Assembly (NCBI GenBank): GCA_951406725.2
Contig: OX597830.1
Span: forward strand, 30,690,001-30,754,000
Direction of reading: 5' to 3'
Length of the DNA: 64,000 nucleotides
DNA from: Octopus vulgaris
Taxonomy: Eukaryota
In this document: in pieces, positions 1-14,769 of the stretch
Layout: every line of letters starts with the position of its first letter
Numbering within the stretch: position 1 is the stretch's first letter
Made by a program: the position numbers and the translations under genes
The notes under the pieces: model-generated
Told to the model about the DNA's origin: nothing
What the model saw: the letters and a program-made list of their open reading frames with translations, nothing else
The model's database searches: none

Positions 1-317
1 TAGTGATTGTAGTTTAATTAATAATGTTAGTGTTTAATCCTTCCAAAAATTAAGACTGAATGAATGTGATGATATCTAAGGTATGTTTGTTCCCAAACAA
101 CACTTATTTTGCTGCTGTTGATACCACCGGATTGAATGGTACTGTCCAGGTGTCGAAACCACACTGATATACGTGCGACAGCTGATGATGGAGCTAAGTT
201 GGATTGTTGATATGGCTGTTAATGTATGTGTGTATGTGCGGAAGAGTTTTATAACACATCCATTTGGTATATGTTTGTGTGTGTGTATGTATGTATGAAT
301 GAATGTATATATTCTTG

Positions 318-520
318 TGTTTGTGTTGGTGTCTGTGTTTGTCCCCCCAACTATCGTTTGACAACCGATGCTGGTGGGTTTACGTCCCCGTAACTAAGAT
401 GTTCGGCATACGAGACAGATAGAATAAGTACCAGGCGTACAAAGAATAAAGGCGATTCCTTTAACTAAATGGTGGTGCTCCAGCATAACCACAGTCAAAA
501 TGGCTGAAACATGTAAAATA
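318..520 (+). mobile_element. SINE family A 3' half (others: 15480-15730 -, 27790-28020 +, 48620-48815 +, 50600-50835 +)
   Basis: GACAACCGATGCTGGTG...CCCCGTAACT...GATAGAATAAGTACC...GTGCTCCAGCAT. Confidence 0.8.
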
Positions 521-605
521 ATGTATATATATTTATACGCATGTGTGTGTATGTATATATATATATATATATGTTTGTGTGTGAATCTCTCTCTCTCTCT
601 CTGTG

Positions 606-640
<35 letters not shown>

Positions 641-999
641 GTCTCTCTCTCTATATATATACATATGTATAAATATATGTTTGTATGTATGTGTGTCTCT
701 GTGTGCATACTTTCATGTATATATCTATGTATAAACTTATATATCCATTACATGAACATATTTAACTACAGAGGGAGTGAAGTCAGAGAGAGTGAGGGTG
801 CCAGAGATATATAAACATACATACACATGCATTTGTGTTGGTGTGTGCATATACGTGCGCGTGCGTCATATTGTATTTGTGTGTGCTTAAATACATACCT
901 ACATATATATATAATTATATATAGAGAGAGAGATGTGTGCGTGCGTATGTGTATGTATACTCACATGTAGACACACATACACACGCACGCACTTAGATT

Positions 1000-1052
<53 letters not shown>

Positions 1053-1353
1053 GGCATACATTTATAAACAGACAGGCATACAGAAAACAAAATATCTTGG
1101 GAAACAAAGTACTTTCTGACATCAGATTAAAACGAAATAAAATATCTCTCGAAAAGGAACAATGAAAAAACCTATACAAAAATCAAGAATGCACACTTAC
1201 AAATAGTTTCTTCTCTGTTTAAAACATACTGCTTCTAACTGTCTAGTTTTGTTATTTACGTTGGGTCGTTTGTTGTTGCTGTTCTTGTTATTGTCATTTT
1301 ACTTTCTTTAATTTTTAAATCTAGACCCGAATTCCCCAATTGTTCGCAGAATA

Positions 1354-1401
<48 letters not shown>

Positions 1402-1426
1402 GTGTGTGTGTGTGTGTATATATAAC

Positions 1427-1610
1427 TGTTGGCGATTTTTTTCCTCTGTCTTCCCTTCTCTGGATCTTTCCTTCTCCTATGTTTCCGACGAAGAGCTCGA
1501 AACGTTAAACCCTCCCTCTTTCCTTCTTTCCTGAGCTTCCAATAATACTATATTTGTTCCACATCCTCGCGTTGTTGTGTTTTTTTGTGCTTTCTTGTTT
1601 GGATTAACTA
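1427..1610 (+). mobile_element. Short hammerhead-bearing repeat (PLE pLTR-like)
   Basis: Copy of 61135-61325, flanked by TA repeats. Confidence 0.75.
1481..1510 (+). ncRNA. Degenerate minimal hammerhead (family of 61189)
   Basis: GTTT-CCGACGA-AGAGCTC-GAAAC-GTT-AAAC; core mutated and stem II collapsed. Confidence 0.6.
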
Positions 1611-1899
1611 TATATATATATATATATATATGTATGCATGTATGTATGTATGTATGTATGTATGTATGTATGTATGAATACTTTTATACTTTTATTCTTT
1701 TTTTTATTTTTTTTAGTCATTTGACTGCAGTCATGCTGGAGCACTGCCTTAAAGGGTTCTAGTCGAACAAATCGAGCCCATAGCATATTTCTTCTAAGCC
1801 TAGTATTTATTCTATCGAGCTCTTTTGCCGAACTGCTAATTTACGGGGACATAAACACGCCAGCAACTGTTGTGAAGCAATGGTGGCGGGACAAAGACA

Positions 1900-1959
<60 letters not shown>

Positions 1960-1982
1960 CACACACACATAGATTCTTCATT

Positions 1983-2345
1983 CTTTTATTTGTTTCAGAC
2001 ATTTGACTGCAGCCATGCTGGAGCACCGCCTTTAGTTGAGCAACTCCCCCCCCCCTGGACTTATTCTTTGTAAGCCTAGTACTTATTCTATCGGTCTTTT
2101 TTGCCGAACCGCTAAGTTACGGGGACGTAAGCACACCAACATCAGATGTCAAGCGATGGTGGTGGGAACAGACACTGACATATATATATATATATATATA
2201 TATATGACGACGGACTTCTTTCAGTTTCCGTCTGCCAAATCCACTAACAAGGCTTTGGTCGGCCCGAGGGTATAGCAGAAGACATTTGCCCAAGGTGCTA
2301 CGCAGTGAGACTGAATCCGGAACCATGTTGGGAAGCAAGCTTCTT
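1983..2345 (-). mobile_element. SINE family A (a second 3' half at 1713-1905)
   Basis: Reverse complement of family A; the head abuts a family B SINE. Confidence 0.85.
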
Positions 2346-2670
2346 ATTTCTTTATTGCCCACAAGGGGCTAAACATAGAGGGGACAAACAAGGACAGATA
2401 AAGGGATTAAGTCTATTACATCGACCCCAATGCGTAACTGGTACTTATTTACCGACCCCGAAAGGATGAACGACAAAGCCGACCTCGGCTGAATTTGAAC
2501 TCAGAACGTAGTGGTAGACGAAATACCACTAAGCATTTCGCCCGGCGTGCTAACGTTTCTTATTTCATTATTGCCCACAAGGAGCTAAACGTAGAGGGGA
2601 CAAACAAGGACAGACGAAGGGATTAAGTCGATTTCATCGACCCCAGTGCGTAACTGGTACTTAATTTATC
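2346..2670 (-). mobile_element. Two tandem SINE family B copies
   Basis: The tail TTT..TTATTGCCCACAAGGG.CTAAAC occurs twice (~2348, ~2563). Confidence 0.85.
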
Positions 2671-2987
2671 CAGTAGAAAGGATTATTATTGACGCTGCTG
2701 TTGTGGTTCTTACTGTTTGTACTGATATTGTTATTGTTATTGATGCTGTGGTTGCTGTTGCTCCTGATGTTGTTTTTGTTGCTATGACAGCCGCTGCTAT
2801 GGTTGTTGCTACTTTTGTTGTTGCTGCTGGTGCTGTTGTTAGTGACGTTTTCGTTGCTAGCGCGAATGGTAGCATTTTGTATGTCTGTATATTTTATTTT
2901 TGTTTCTTTTTGTTGCCGAATATATTGTAGTTATTAATATCGTCGTTGCTTTTTCTCTCCAGGTTTTCTCACTCTTTCCATCACCCC

Positions 2988-3029
<42 letters not shown>

Positions 3030-3940
3030 ATCTATTTATCCATCTATCTCGCTTTGTGAGGTAATGTTTCTTCTTTGTAACAGGATTCCATCCATATTAA
3101 CGACAAATCCTATTCAAACACCCTGCTGTGCAAACGTTTTCAACAGTCGTTTTACCATTATTTTTGTAGGTCGTTCAGAGATAAATTTCGGGGAAGGAAC
3201 AAAAAGGAAGAGTTACTGTTGTTAACAAGTTAATCTACATAAAATCTATCTCACTGGGTGCTATTGCTAACATCTTAACCTAGATACATCATAGGGTCTC
3301 CATCACAATATACCGCTGCTAACATTGCGCCTCCACTTGTATATGTATACATACAAGTACATACCTCAGTGTTTACAGCATTGGACTCATACTCGTGAGG
3401 TAGTGAGTTCAATTCCAGGACCGAGCTGTGTATTGTAATCTTGAGCAAGACACTTTATTTCACGTTGCTCCAGTTCACTCAGATGTAGAAATTAGCTGCG
3501 ACATCATGTGGTGCTAAGCTGTATCAGCATTTGCCTTTCCCTTGAATAGCATCGGTGCCGTAGAGAGGGGAGGCTGGTACGCAGGGGTAACAGATGGTCT
3601 TCCATAAACAACAATTTTGACCGGACTTGTGCCGCTGAGGGGAACTTTCTAGGTGCAATCCCATTATCGTTCGTGACGGAAGGGGCATTTTGCCCTGTTC
3701 ATAATACTATGTTTTTGCTTTAAAATCCATATCCGTTCACACACATACAAGCATGAATGTGCGTATGCATGTGTATGCATATGTATACGTATTTATATAT
3801 GTTTATTCGTGTATGTGTGATCTAATTTGCATAAGCCTATTAGTTTCACGACCATTAAGAGATCATTACTGCAGTATTGTAAACATGTATATATAGAAAC
3901 ACATATTCACACAGGCACTTACGTATATAAACAACTAAAC

Positions 3941-4012
<72 letters not shown>

Positions 4013-4040
4013 TGTATGTGTATATATATATATGTATGCA

Positions 4041-4074
<34 letters not shown>

Positions 4075-4532
4075 AAGACACACATGCGCACACAGACTTA
4101 TATGCATATATATATACACGCATACACACACACACATATATAGGTATATGTATGTAAGTGTACATGTATATATACATGCATGTGCATGCGTATGCGTACA
4201 CACATACACGCATACACACACTAGATATTTCAACAACGAGAGGGTGTAAACAGATTAGGTTTCCCACAGCAAGGAGGGCGGCTGTGGTCTTAGATCTTAT
4301 GTTAACATCGTACCAGACTTGGGTTGTAACACTGAAGCAACATTTCCAACAGAGAGGGAAAGGAGTTCAGCGACTATCTCATTCGCTTAAGTTTGAGAAC
4401 ATACAAATAAAATCATCATTAGGAGAGCAAATAAAATAAAAAGCTGAAATTTAAGCTGACACAGATATTTCTCGCCAAGAACATTGGAAAATTCAGCTTA
4501 ACACTTATTAGAACTAAATCGAAAAATAAAAT

Positions 4533-4905
4533 GGCGGCGAGCTGGCAGAAACGTTAGCACGCCGGGCGAAATGTTTAGGGGTATTTCGTCTACCGAGGTC
4601 GACTTTGCCTTTCATCCTTTCGGGGTCGATTAAATAAGTACCAATTACACACTGGGGTCGATGTAATGGACTTAATCCGTTTGTCTGTCCTTGTTTGTCC
4701 TCTCTGTGTTTAGCCCGTTGTGGGTAGTAAAGGAATAGGTATTTCGTCTGTCTTTACGTTCTGAGTTCAAATTCCGCCCAGGTCGACTTTACCTTTCATC
4801 CCTTCGGGGTCGGTAAATTAAGTATCAGTTGTGTGCTGGGGTCGATCTAATCAACTGGCCGCCTCTCCAAAACTTTCGTGCTTTGTGCCGAGAGTAGAAA
4901 AGAAT
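4533..4905 (+). mobile_element. Two tandem SINE family B copies
   Basis: GGCGGCGAGCTGGCAGAAACG head; the core GGTCGACTTT.CCTTTCATCC occurs twice. Confidence 0.85.
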
Positions 4906-4918
4906 AAAATGATATATA

Positions 4919-5310
4919 GGCGCGGGCGTGGCTGTGTGGTAAGGCGTTTGCTTCCCAACTGTATGGTTCCGGGTTCAGTCCCACTGCGTGGCACCTTCGG
5001 CAAATGTCTTCTACTGGTCGGCCAAAGTTTTGTGTGGGGATTTAGTAGAGGGAAGTTGAAAGAAGCCTGTCAACTATGTATGTGCGTGTGTGTATGGATC
5101 TGTTTGTCTGTCTGCCAGTTTGTCTGTGTCTGTCCCCACCCCCACCACGTGACAACTGGTGTTGATATATTTGCTCCACCGAATCTTAGCGGTTCGACAA
5201 AAGAAATTGACAGAATAGGTTCTGGGGCTCACTTCATTCGGCTAATAATTCTTCAAGGCGATACCCCAACATGGCCGTAGTCTAATGACTGAAACAAGAA
5301 AAAGATAAAA
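4919..5310 (+). mobile_element. SINE family A
   Basis: GGCGCGGGCGTGGCTGTGTGGTAAG head through ATGACTGAAACAAG tail. Confidence 0.88.
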
Positions 5311-5824
5311 TGGAAAACGTAAAAGATGAGTAGCTGAAACGGGCGGGCGGGGGGTGGAATGTCATAAAAATGTTTTGACTACCAACAACTAATTTCAAAG
5401 ATCAAATTTTGAATGTTAGCTCCGTGCAATCCAGGAACGAGAAATCCTCACCATGAACTTTCTACACAAATGACAAAAAGCATTAGACCATAACATCAGT
5501 TAGCTGTGAAAAACTAAAGCTCAATATGTAAGACTCTTCGTAGTCAGGTATATTTATGTTTTCTCAATTTGTGGTTCCCATCAATTTTTCTTCCTTTTTT
5601 TATTATTTTTTTTTTCGCCACGGACCCGTTTCATGCATAACAAAGCGCAATAAAGTGTGTGTATATATATATATATATATATACATATATAGACTGGTGA
5701 CCGCCGTTGCAGCCATATGCGGTTGTTTTCAGCTTAAATGGCAAAGAGCTTAAGGGGGTTTGCTTAGAAATACAGAGGAGCGGGGAGAAATTTCCCTCAA
5801 GGGAAGGGAATCGGTGAGAGAGAG

Positions 5825-5886
<62 letters not shown>

Positions 5887-6059
5887 ATTATTATGCGAGT
5901 ATGTATTTCTATACAATTCATTGTTTTTTTTTATATATATATTTTGGTTGTCCTAGTAGATGCAAGTAGATACAGATAAATTTAAATTTATTTCGTTTTA
6001 AATTGGAACTTCTCAATGCACCACAACTTGGGATAAAACTACATGGTCATACATACATG

Positions 6060-6175
<116 letters not shown>

Positions 6176-7072
6176 GCAGAGACAGACAGACAGACAGAGA
6201 GATAATGCAAAAGCGGTCTGCTGAATGTGATATTCGATAAAATAGAAATAAACATTTAAAATTTATTCTTTTTGTGCGGCCCGGTGGTAGAGAACCTCTG
6301 CTCTAGATATTGTCTTCCAGAACAACCTTGTACAGAGTAAGGAAGAAATATTAAAATAAATGCGCAAATAGAGAGCCAGGGGTCAGAAGAATATTGGTCA
6401 AACTTGGGAATAAAAAAAAAAGCACAGCCGAATTGACTGGGATAACAAGATATAACATTGTTTGCGGTGTCATGAGAATTTATAAACTTTCGAGAGAACG
6501 TGAAATAAATCTTTTTTCTGAAGCACTGGATTTCGAAGCATGTAAATCTATAAAAAATAGCATGTAAATATTGGGTTGGAAACCCCTTCTGAGTAGACTT
6601 CGATTTTTCTGAAAAGACTTTTTAAATCAAATATTTATAGCTTTATGTGCTTCGGGAACCAGTATTCCAAAAGAAAATAAGATATGCTCTGTTGTAGAAA
6701 TCAGCTTCAAGTCGATATCAATTTGGTATGAAAAAAAAAGGGAGAAGAAAATATCTGAATACCACTAATGAGAATTATAAACTATTAATTTTATACCAAT
6801 TGTTATTGGAGTAGAAAGATATGCAGGAACCTGTCTTGATCGAGGCATGACTGAATTTCGATTCTTAGAAAAGCAATATAATTCCTTAATTCATATTCCA
6901 TTGTTGACGTTATCGAAGACGAAAACCTGCGAAAAAGACTTTGTAAAATTCAAAAGGTGACTCGTTGCGTAAAGGACGAAGTAGAAAGCAAAACCGCCAC
7001 CTTTTCTTTGAAAGTAAATCAAATTTTTTTTTTTAAAGAAAAAACATTTGCCACAGAGCAGATGTCCAGTCA

Positions 7073-7246
<174 letters not shown>

Positions 7247-7339
7247 TTAAGTATATATGAGTATGCCTAGGTATGCAACTATACGCATGAGAATACACAC
7301 ATAAAATAAAACATATAAATCTGTATACATACATGCATA

Positions 7340-8239
7340 TTGGGTCAACCCGTAAATAATGCATATTTTTTTGTTTTTTTCAATTGCATGAACTAAACAT
7401 CGGAAAGAAACGGGATAAACTACATGCATCAACTTGCTATAAAAGTAGGTAGCAATTTTACCTTGTACTTAATCTTAGTGCAAGTTTTGAAGAGTGCAGT
7501 TCGATTTTAACAATTATTTTTTCAAAACTATAAAGGAAATGACAAAGGAGCATATTCGGCATATTTTGCTTTATCAGTTCAATAAAGGCAACGCAACGGA
7601 AAGTGCGAGGAATATTAATGCAGTATATGGGGATCGAACGATGAGTGCGTCCAGAAATTCCGAGTCGGAATCTAGAGTCTAGAAGACAAGCTTCGTTCTG
7701 GAAGACCTGTAGAGCTGGACGAGGACGTCCTGCAAACCCTGGTGAAACAAAATCCCGCCGTAACTGTTGAGGAACTAGCAGAGAAGCTTGGATTTGGTCA
7801 TTCAACCATTCATCAACACCTGCGTGCCATCGGAAAAGTCAGCAAATTGGGTCAATAGGTTCCTCACAAAATTCCGTGTCTGTATGCTCGGCAACATACA
7901 ACAAGGATGACATTCCAAAGGCTGGAGCCGTTTGAATGGGAAACGACGCTCCACCCATCATATTCGCTAGATTATAATTTATTCCGCAGTCCTCAAAATC
8001 ATTTGGACGGAAAAATACGAGTGCTGTAGACAAGGTCAGAACAGTATTGGAGGAGTATTTTTCATCACGGACACGTGAATTTTGGAAGAAGGGCATTGCA
8101 AGTCAACCAGATAGATGGAAGAGCATTGTAGAAAATGAAGGAGAGTATATTTTAGATTAAAAAACAACTTTGTTTATCGTAATTTTGAAAAATACAAGAA
8201 GTATAAAAAAAACCCCGCATTATTTATGGGATCACCCGA
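7340..8239 (+). mobile_element. Internally deleted mariner DNA transposon
   Basis: Imperfect TIRs TTGGGTCAACCCGTAAATAATGC (7340-7362) and GCATTATTTATGGGATCACCCGA (8217-8239), TA on the left flank, transposase remnants inside. Confidence 0.92.
7539..8160 (+). pseudogene. Mariner transposase pseudogene (frameshifted, central deletion)
   Basis: N-terminus MTKEHIRHILLYQFNKGNATESARNINAVYG, HTH-like ELAEKLGFGHSTIHQHLRAIGKVSKLGQ*VPH (WVPHEL motif decayed), C-terminus FWKKGIASQPDRWKSIVENEGEYILD*. Confidence 0.9.
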
Positions 8240-8523
8240 TGTATACATGCAAACAAACAAAAATACCTTGCTATTCATGTTGAAATTCCAATGAAGGAAC
8301 CTTGGGTCCAGGTTAGAAACTGACTCTTTCTCTATGGGCAACAAATCTTGAAATAAAACTGAATAATGACATTCATGCTTGCATGTATACATTCATGCAC
8401 ACATGCATAAATTCATACATGCGTGCATGTATACGTACATACATACATACATACATACATACATACATACAAACATACATACATACACACATACACACAT
8501 ACATACATACATACATACATACA

Positions 8524-8557
<34 letters not shown>

Positions 8558-8761
8558 CATACATACATTCATTCATTAGCTTTAGGCAATAAATATGATG
8601 AAATTGGTAACTGTTTTAATGACAAGCTAAGTTGGTATGCTTATCTGTCTGGCGGCTTCTTTAGTGCTGGGTGGTAGTGAGTGATATCATGGGGGTGCTG
8701 GTGTCGGTGGCAGTGGTGGCAGCGACGGTGGTAATAATGCTGCTGCTAGAGATAGTTAATT

Positions 8762-8991
8762 ATTTCTTTACTGCCCACAAGGGGCTAAACACAGAGAGGA
8801 CAAACAAGGACAGACAAACGGATTAAGTCGATTATATCGACCCCAGTGCGTAACTGGTACTTAATTTATCGACCCCGAAAGGATGAAAGGCAAAGTCAAC
8901 CTCGGCGGAATTTGATCTCAGAACGTAACGGTAGACGAAATACCGCTAAGCATTTCGCCCGGCATGCTAACGTTTCTGCCAGCTCGCCGTC
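8762..8991 (-). mobile_element. SINE family B with 17-bp TSD
   Basis: TSD TGCTAGAGATAGTTAAT at 8744-8760 and 8994-9010. Confidence 0.92.
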
Positions 8992-9119
8992 CTTGCTAGA
9001 GATAGTTAATGGTATGCAAGTGGTGTCAGTGGTACGATGGTAATATTGATGTTACTGTTGCTGCTGTCGGTGAAAATGATGGTAATGGTAGTGGTGGCGT
9101 TTCTATATAATGTAAATAT

Positions 9120-9331
9120 TCTTTTCTACTCTAGGCACAAGGTCCGAAATTGGGGTGAAGGGCCAGACTATTAGATCGACCCAGTACGCAACTGATACTT
9201 AATTTATCGACCCCGAAAAGATGAAAGGCAAAGTCGACCTCGGCAGAATTTGAACTCAGAACATAAAGACAGACGAAATACTGCTAAGCATTTCTCCCGG
9301 CGTGCTAACGTTTCTGCCAGCTCGCCCCGCC
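9120..9331 (-). mobile_element. SINE family B (alternative tail)
   Basis: Same head and core, tail CTTTTCTACTCTAGGCACAAGG; similar copies at 31305-31530 and 40590-40802. Confidence 0.85.
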
Positions 9332-9927
9332 ATGTAATGTAAAGATTGAATAAGGATGATAATGATGAGCGAGGATGGCAGCGGTGGAACGAGATGGCGG
9401 GTTTTCATTGATGTACTTGTTTTGTTTCTCATGTTGCTGCTGCTGATGCTGATGCTGATGATGATGATGACGACGACGACGACGATGACGTCGACAATGG
9501 CGACGATGATGACGGTGAAAATGATGTGGACAATGACTATGATGATCATGATAATCATGATGATGGTGATAAACAGGATGATGGTGATGATGGTGGTGGT
9601 GGTGGTGGTGGTGGTGGTAATAATGACGACGACGACGATGACAATAATGATGACGATGAGGATAATGATAACCATGTCGACATCGATGATTCGATGATGA
9701 TGAAAATTATGATGATGATGATGATGATGATGATGATAAGGACGACAACGATTGCCTTAGTGGTGGTGTGCATGGGGATGGAGTTAGTCTTAGATGAAGG
9801 GCGATGGTATGCGTTTATAGCGGTGGTAGTTGCAATGGTGACAACCGTGGTCGCATTTTAACAGTACCGCCCTGCTTATCGCAGCGTTGTAGTGCCGGAA
9901 GGTAGGCTGCCACTGGTGTTGTTGACG

Positions 9928-9958
<31 letters not shown>

Positions 9959-10088
9959 GGTGGTGGTGGTGGTGGTGGTGGTTGTTGTTGTTAACACCAA
10001 GATAACCCTGAAACTCAGGATCTGTGTGGTCTGGTCAAAGATAATTCGGCCCTTGATAAATCCATGATGGCTTTTATATTCTCATGGG

Positions 10089-10505
10089 GGCGCAGGTGTG
10101 GCTGTGAGGTTTTGAAGATGGCTTCCGAAACTACATGTCTTCGAGTTCAATCCAAGTATATTCTATTATAGCATCGGTCTAAGCAAAAAAAGCCTTGTGA
10201 GTGGATTTGGTAGAGGGGAAACTGAAAGAAGCTCGTCATGCATGTGTGTGTGTGTGGGGGGTGCATGCGTGTGTATGTGTTTGTGTCTCTGTGTGTGTAT
10301 GTGTATGCGTGTGTGTGTATTTGGCTTGTGTCCCACCGCTGCTTGATATCCAGTGTTGTTTTGTTTACGTCTCTGTAACATAGCGGTTCTACGAAAGGCA
10401 ACAATTAAAATAAGTATCCAGCTTAAAAGTTAATACAAAGGTCAAATTGTTCGACTAAACCCTTCAAAGTGGTGCTCTAGCATGGCCGCAAGTAAAAGAC
10501 AGATA
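10089..10505 (+). mobile_element. SINE family A, diverged
   Basis: GGCGCAGGTGTGGCTGTG head, GCCTTGTGAGTGGATTTGGTAGA, GTGCTCTAGCATGGCCGCA. Confidence 0.8.
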
Positions 10506-10776
10506 AAATATATATACTCAAGACTGCATTATGACAATACACATTTCCCTTTCTTTCTTTTCTTCTACGTTTTCCTCTTTATCTGCAACACTATGTTGCT
10601 ATATGAGGGAGAATTGGCTGCTGTTTCTAGAAATTTAAATAGCCACGAACAAGCGCTTTCTTTACCTCATTGAAGTCGGAACTTTTCTTTGTTTTTTTTT
10701 TCTTGTTGATTTTTTTTTTGGCTTTTTTTTGCCCAAGAGCAAAGAGATGCTTTCAATGTGTGGGTGTTGTGGGTGC

Positions 10777-10864
10777 GAAGAAGAAGAAGAAGAAGAAGAA
10801 GAAGAAGAAGAAGAAGAAGAAGAAGAAGAAGAAGAAGAAGAAGAAGAAGAAGAAGAAGAAGAAG

Positions 10865-10893
<29 letters not shown>
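10777..10893 (+). repeat. Perfect (GAA)39
   Basis: Direct reading. Confidence 0.97.
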
Positions 10894-10895
<2 letters not shown>

Positions 10896-11398
10896 GGTGG
10901 ATGCAGGTGTGAGTGAGAAAGGTTCAGTCAGGTTAGGGGACCCTAGTTCGGTGGGAGGAACCCGGCTGACAGGTTGTCTGTCTAACATAACAATGTTAGT
11001 ATGTTATTAAGAGTTTGTCAGTGAAAGCAGCTCTGACAAGAACTGTTAAAAGAAGCTTAATATTCCTTTTGTTTTTATGCTTGTCTTAACGTTGATGTTG
11101 TTGTTGTTGTTGTTGCTTTAATTTTAATTGTATTTCATTATCACTTTTCTTTCTTCCTTTCTTTCTTTCTTTCTTTCATTTTTTTTTAGATTTTAAAATT
11201 TTGTTGTCATTTTCTTAAACCAGACACTTCTCCACTGTCAGCGGTTTATTCATGCAATTAAAACGTGCACTCATTAATTAACTACACCTATGTATGTATA
11301 AAACCCCCACACAGACACATTCTTACACATACACGCACAAACACACCACACATATATACACGTATATGTACACTCACGACTATGAATATGTGTATATG

Positions 11399-11432
<34 letters not shown>

Positions 11433-11820
11433 AGTGTGTGTGTATACACATATATGCATGTATACGTGTGTGTGTATACATTTGTGTATATATATATATA
11501 TATGATAAATAATATAAACCTTTACATAAATAAATAACGTGAAATACACGAAGGGACGAACATAAGAGACAGACGGGTCATTCAAAGCCTTCGTTCTTCA
11601 GTCAGAAACCGATTCATCATCGCAGATTTCGGCTGTTTAATTCTGAGATCCGCTCTGAATCGGCCCGGCATTTGTTAATGCATATATGTATAATATACGT
11701 GTATACAGACATGTGTGTGCGTGTGTGTTTACGTATACATATAAGTTCCGTCAAGGTAAGACATATGCGTGAGCGTGAAATTTAAATGGGAAGAATGCGT
11801 ATTAGTTTGACGCTTGCAAT

Positions 11821-12440
11821 AAGTCTGTCGTTTCGGATGTTAGTACTTCTTCAGAACAAAAAAGGCTGAAGAGGAAACATGGAGAATGTGAGAGAGACTA
11901 TATGATGACAGCTATAATGATTAAATCATTTGGGGGAAAGGCAACGGGAAACGTAAATAATTAAGGCAGAGTGATCCCGTTGAATGAGAGGGGGTCAAAA
12001 AGAGAAAGCAGGGCAAGTGTACAGATGCATGAGTGAGCGTGTGTGTGCGGTACGTGGCAACCGTAAAGGTAAATACTTTATGCAGAATGGTTTGAGTGAT
12101 ATATTGATATATAAGAACATTTGTTGTGAAAATCAAGTATGTACTGCAGTGATGGAAAATAGCTGGTAGAAGAAGGCGGAGAGAACAAAAGTGTTTTTTT
12201 TTTTGAGAAGAGAGCTTAAGGTCGGACTGTAGAGAAAAGGAGAGAAAGGACAGTGAAGATTCACTAGTGTATATTTCTGGAGTGAGCAGTAGGATGCTGG
12301 CATTGTGGTTGGAGTAGCGTAAATTAAAGGTAGGTATATCAATCATAAAGGGTTTGAAGTCTTTAGGAAGTAGATGAGCTGCTGTTCGCTTTGAAGGTGG
12401 AAGGCAAAAGATCCGGATTTATAGGAATAAGTTCTTGTCT
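11821..12440 (-). mobile_element. Penelope-like element 3' remnant
   Basis: Minus-strand peptide QSEQQLIYFLKTSNP (~12350-12395) resembles the GIY-YIG C-terminal E..LIF.L.T..P.GLN, followed by a pyrimidine-rich UTR and a hammerhead motif. Confidence 0.55.
11823..11857 (-). ncRNA. Degenerate hammerhead at a PLE 3' end
   Basis: Minus strand GTT-CTGAAGA-AGTACTAACATCC-GAAAC-GAC-AGAC, downstream of a GIY-YIG-like tail; stems poorly paired. Confidence 0.45.
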
Positions 12441-12637
12441 CTGTCTCCCTACTTTTTGTTATAGTTGTTGATTTGGTTATTACTGTCCCTGCTGCTATTA
12501 CTACTACTGTTAACAATAATAACGACGATGATGATGATGACGATAGATGAAGATAATAATATTTCTATAACTTTTGTAAGTTGCTTGGTCATATAAGTGG
12601 CTCATCTCTTCATTTTATGCCTGTGTCTGTCTGTCAG

Positions 12638-12718
<81 letters not shown>

Positions 12719-13079
12719 ACACGTGCATTTATATATTTATGTGTTTGCATGTACATAAATATGTGTGTCTTTGCACATACACATGCACACACACTCATAC
12801 ACAAACTGTCATACACACATGCCACCACACAGACGCCCACACACTTACATAAGCGCCTTCACACATTTACATACAAATTCTATGCTACCGACAACTTTCT
12901 AAAACATTCAAACCATTGTTCTTCTTTCAGACCTACACACACACACACGCACACACACACACACTCACGCACACATACAGCTCAACATACCACTACCTCC
13001 AACCACTTATTTATTTTTACATCGACTATTTGCCTAATTCTTTTTTTTAATTTCATTTATATTATTTATCATTATTATG

Positions 13080-13430
<351 letters not shown>

Positions 13431-13759
13431 GTATATTTCACAAGCACAATTATCAGGTTTGACAAACAATTGATTCTTTCATTCTGTCTTTACTTCAAAT
13501 CTATCTTCAGAGTTTGCACAGGTTGGTGTGTTTTAGTGTTTTTATTTATTATTTCCTTGTTTTTTTTTTGTTTTTTTTTTTGGCCTTGTTTTCTTGTTTG
13601 AAGTTTTGCTTTGCTTTGTTTTGTTTTGTTTTCTTTCATTATTCATTCCACTTATGTTTCTTTTATTTGCTTTTTATGTCTTTTGTTTCGTATTCATTTA
13701 TTTACTATTTCTGCTGTTCTGTATTTGCATTATTTGTATGTGTGTGTGTGTGTATGTGT

Positions 13760-13827
<68 letters not shown>

Positions 13828-13973
13828 TCGTCGTTGTTTGTTCAAAACACCATGTGAGTGTATGTTTGTTGATGTGCGCGTGTATTCGTTATTTGGTCAA
13901 AACGTCATATGAGTGTGTTTCTGTTAGAGAGTGTGTGAGAGAGAGTGAGAGAGAGAGAGAGGGCATGTGTGTA

Positions 13974-14019
<46 letters not shown>

Positions 14020-14032
14020 TGTGTCTGTGTCT

Positions 14033-14070
<38 letters not shown>

Positions 14071-14246
14071 TTGGGAACACGTGATCCCACCCGAAAGTGA
14101 AAAGCATAAAACATGTTGATGTACAAATATACACTTATTTATACACACGCTCACTCCAACGTATCTATACACATGAATATATGTATGTAGATATATGTGT
14201 AGTTCTGTATTTCTTTCTCTGTAGGCGAGAGAGTATGAGTATGTGT

Positions 14247-14343
<97 letters not shown>

Positions 14344-14677
14344 CAGACAGGCAGACAGACAAACAGATACATACATACATACATACAAGCATACATACAT
14401 ACATACACTCTCACGACTGCACACTCGTCTGTTTCTCTTCACCTACTTGAGACTAATAGAGACTATGTAGAAATGTTTACCTGAGAATGTTTATACACAC
14501 ATAAGCACACATATACCTACGCTCAATTATGCACACATAATCAAACACACAATCTTAATATCTTTACGCATATATATATATATATATAGGGAGAGTTTAC
14601 GAAAAAAACAAAAGATGAAGACAGGTGGTGTACAAAACAAACAGATGTATTAGTATAACGCTCAGGAATAGAATAAG

Positions 14678-14715
14678 TCTTTTACGTTTCGAGCCTACGC
14701 TCTTCTACAGAAAGA
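14678..14715 (-). ncRNA. Minimal hammerhead motif, variant core
   Basis: Minus strand TCTTT-CTGTAGA-A-GAGC-GTAG-GCTC-GAAAC-GTA-AAAGA. Confidence 0.7.
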
Positions 14716-14769
14716 GACACAGAAAAAACAAGGAGAGAAACAAAGAGAGAAAAAATATATTGGGAAGAG

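Noticed and set aside
14474-14490. Recursive splice site (minus CAG|GTAAA; also ~44478)
   Set aside because: Weak pyrimidine tract; expected by chance.
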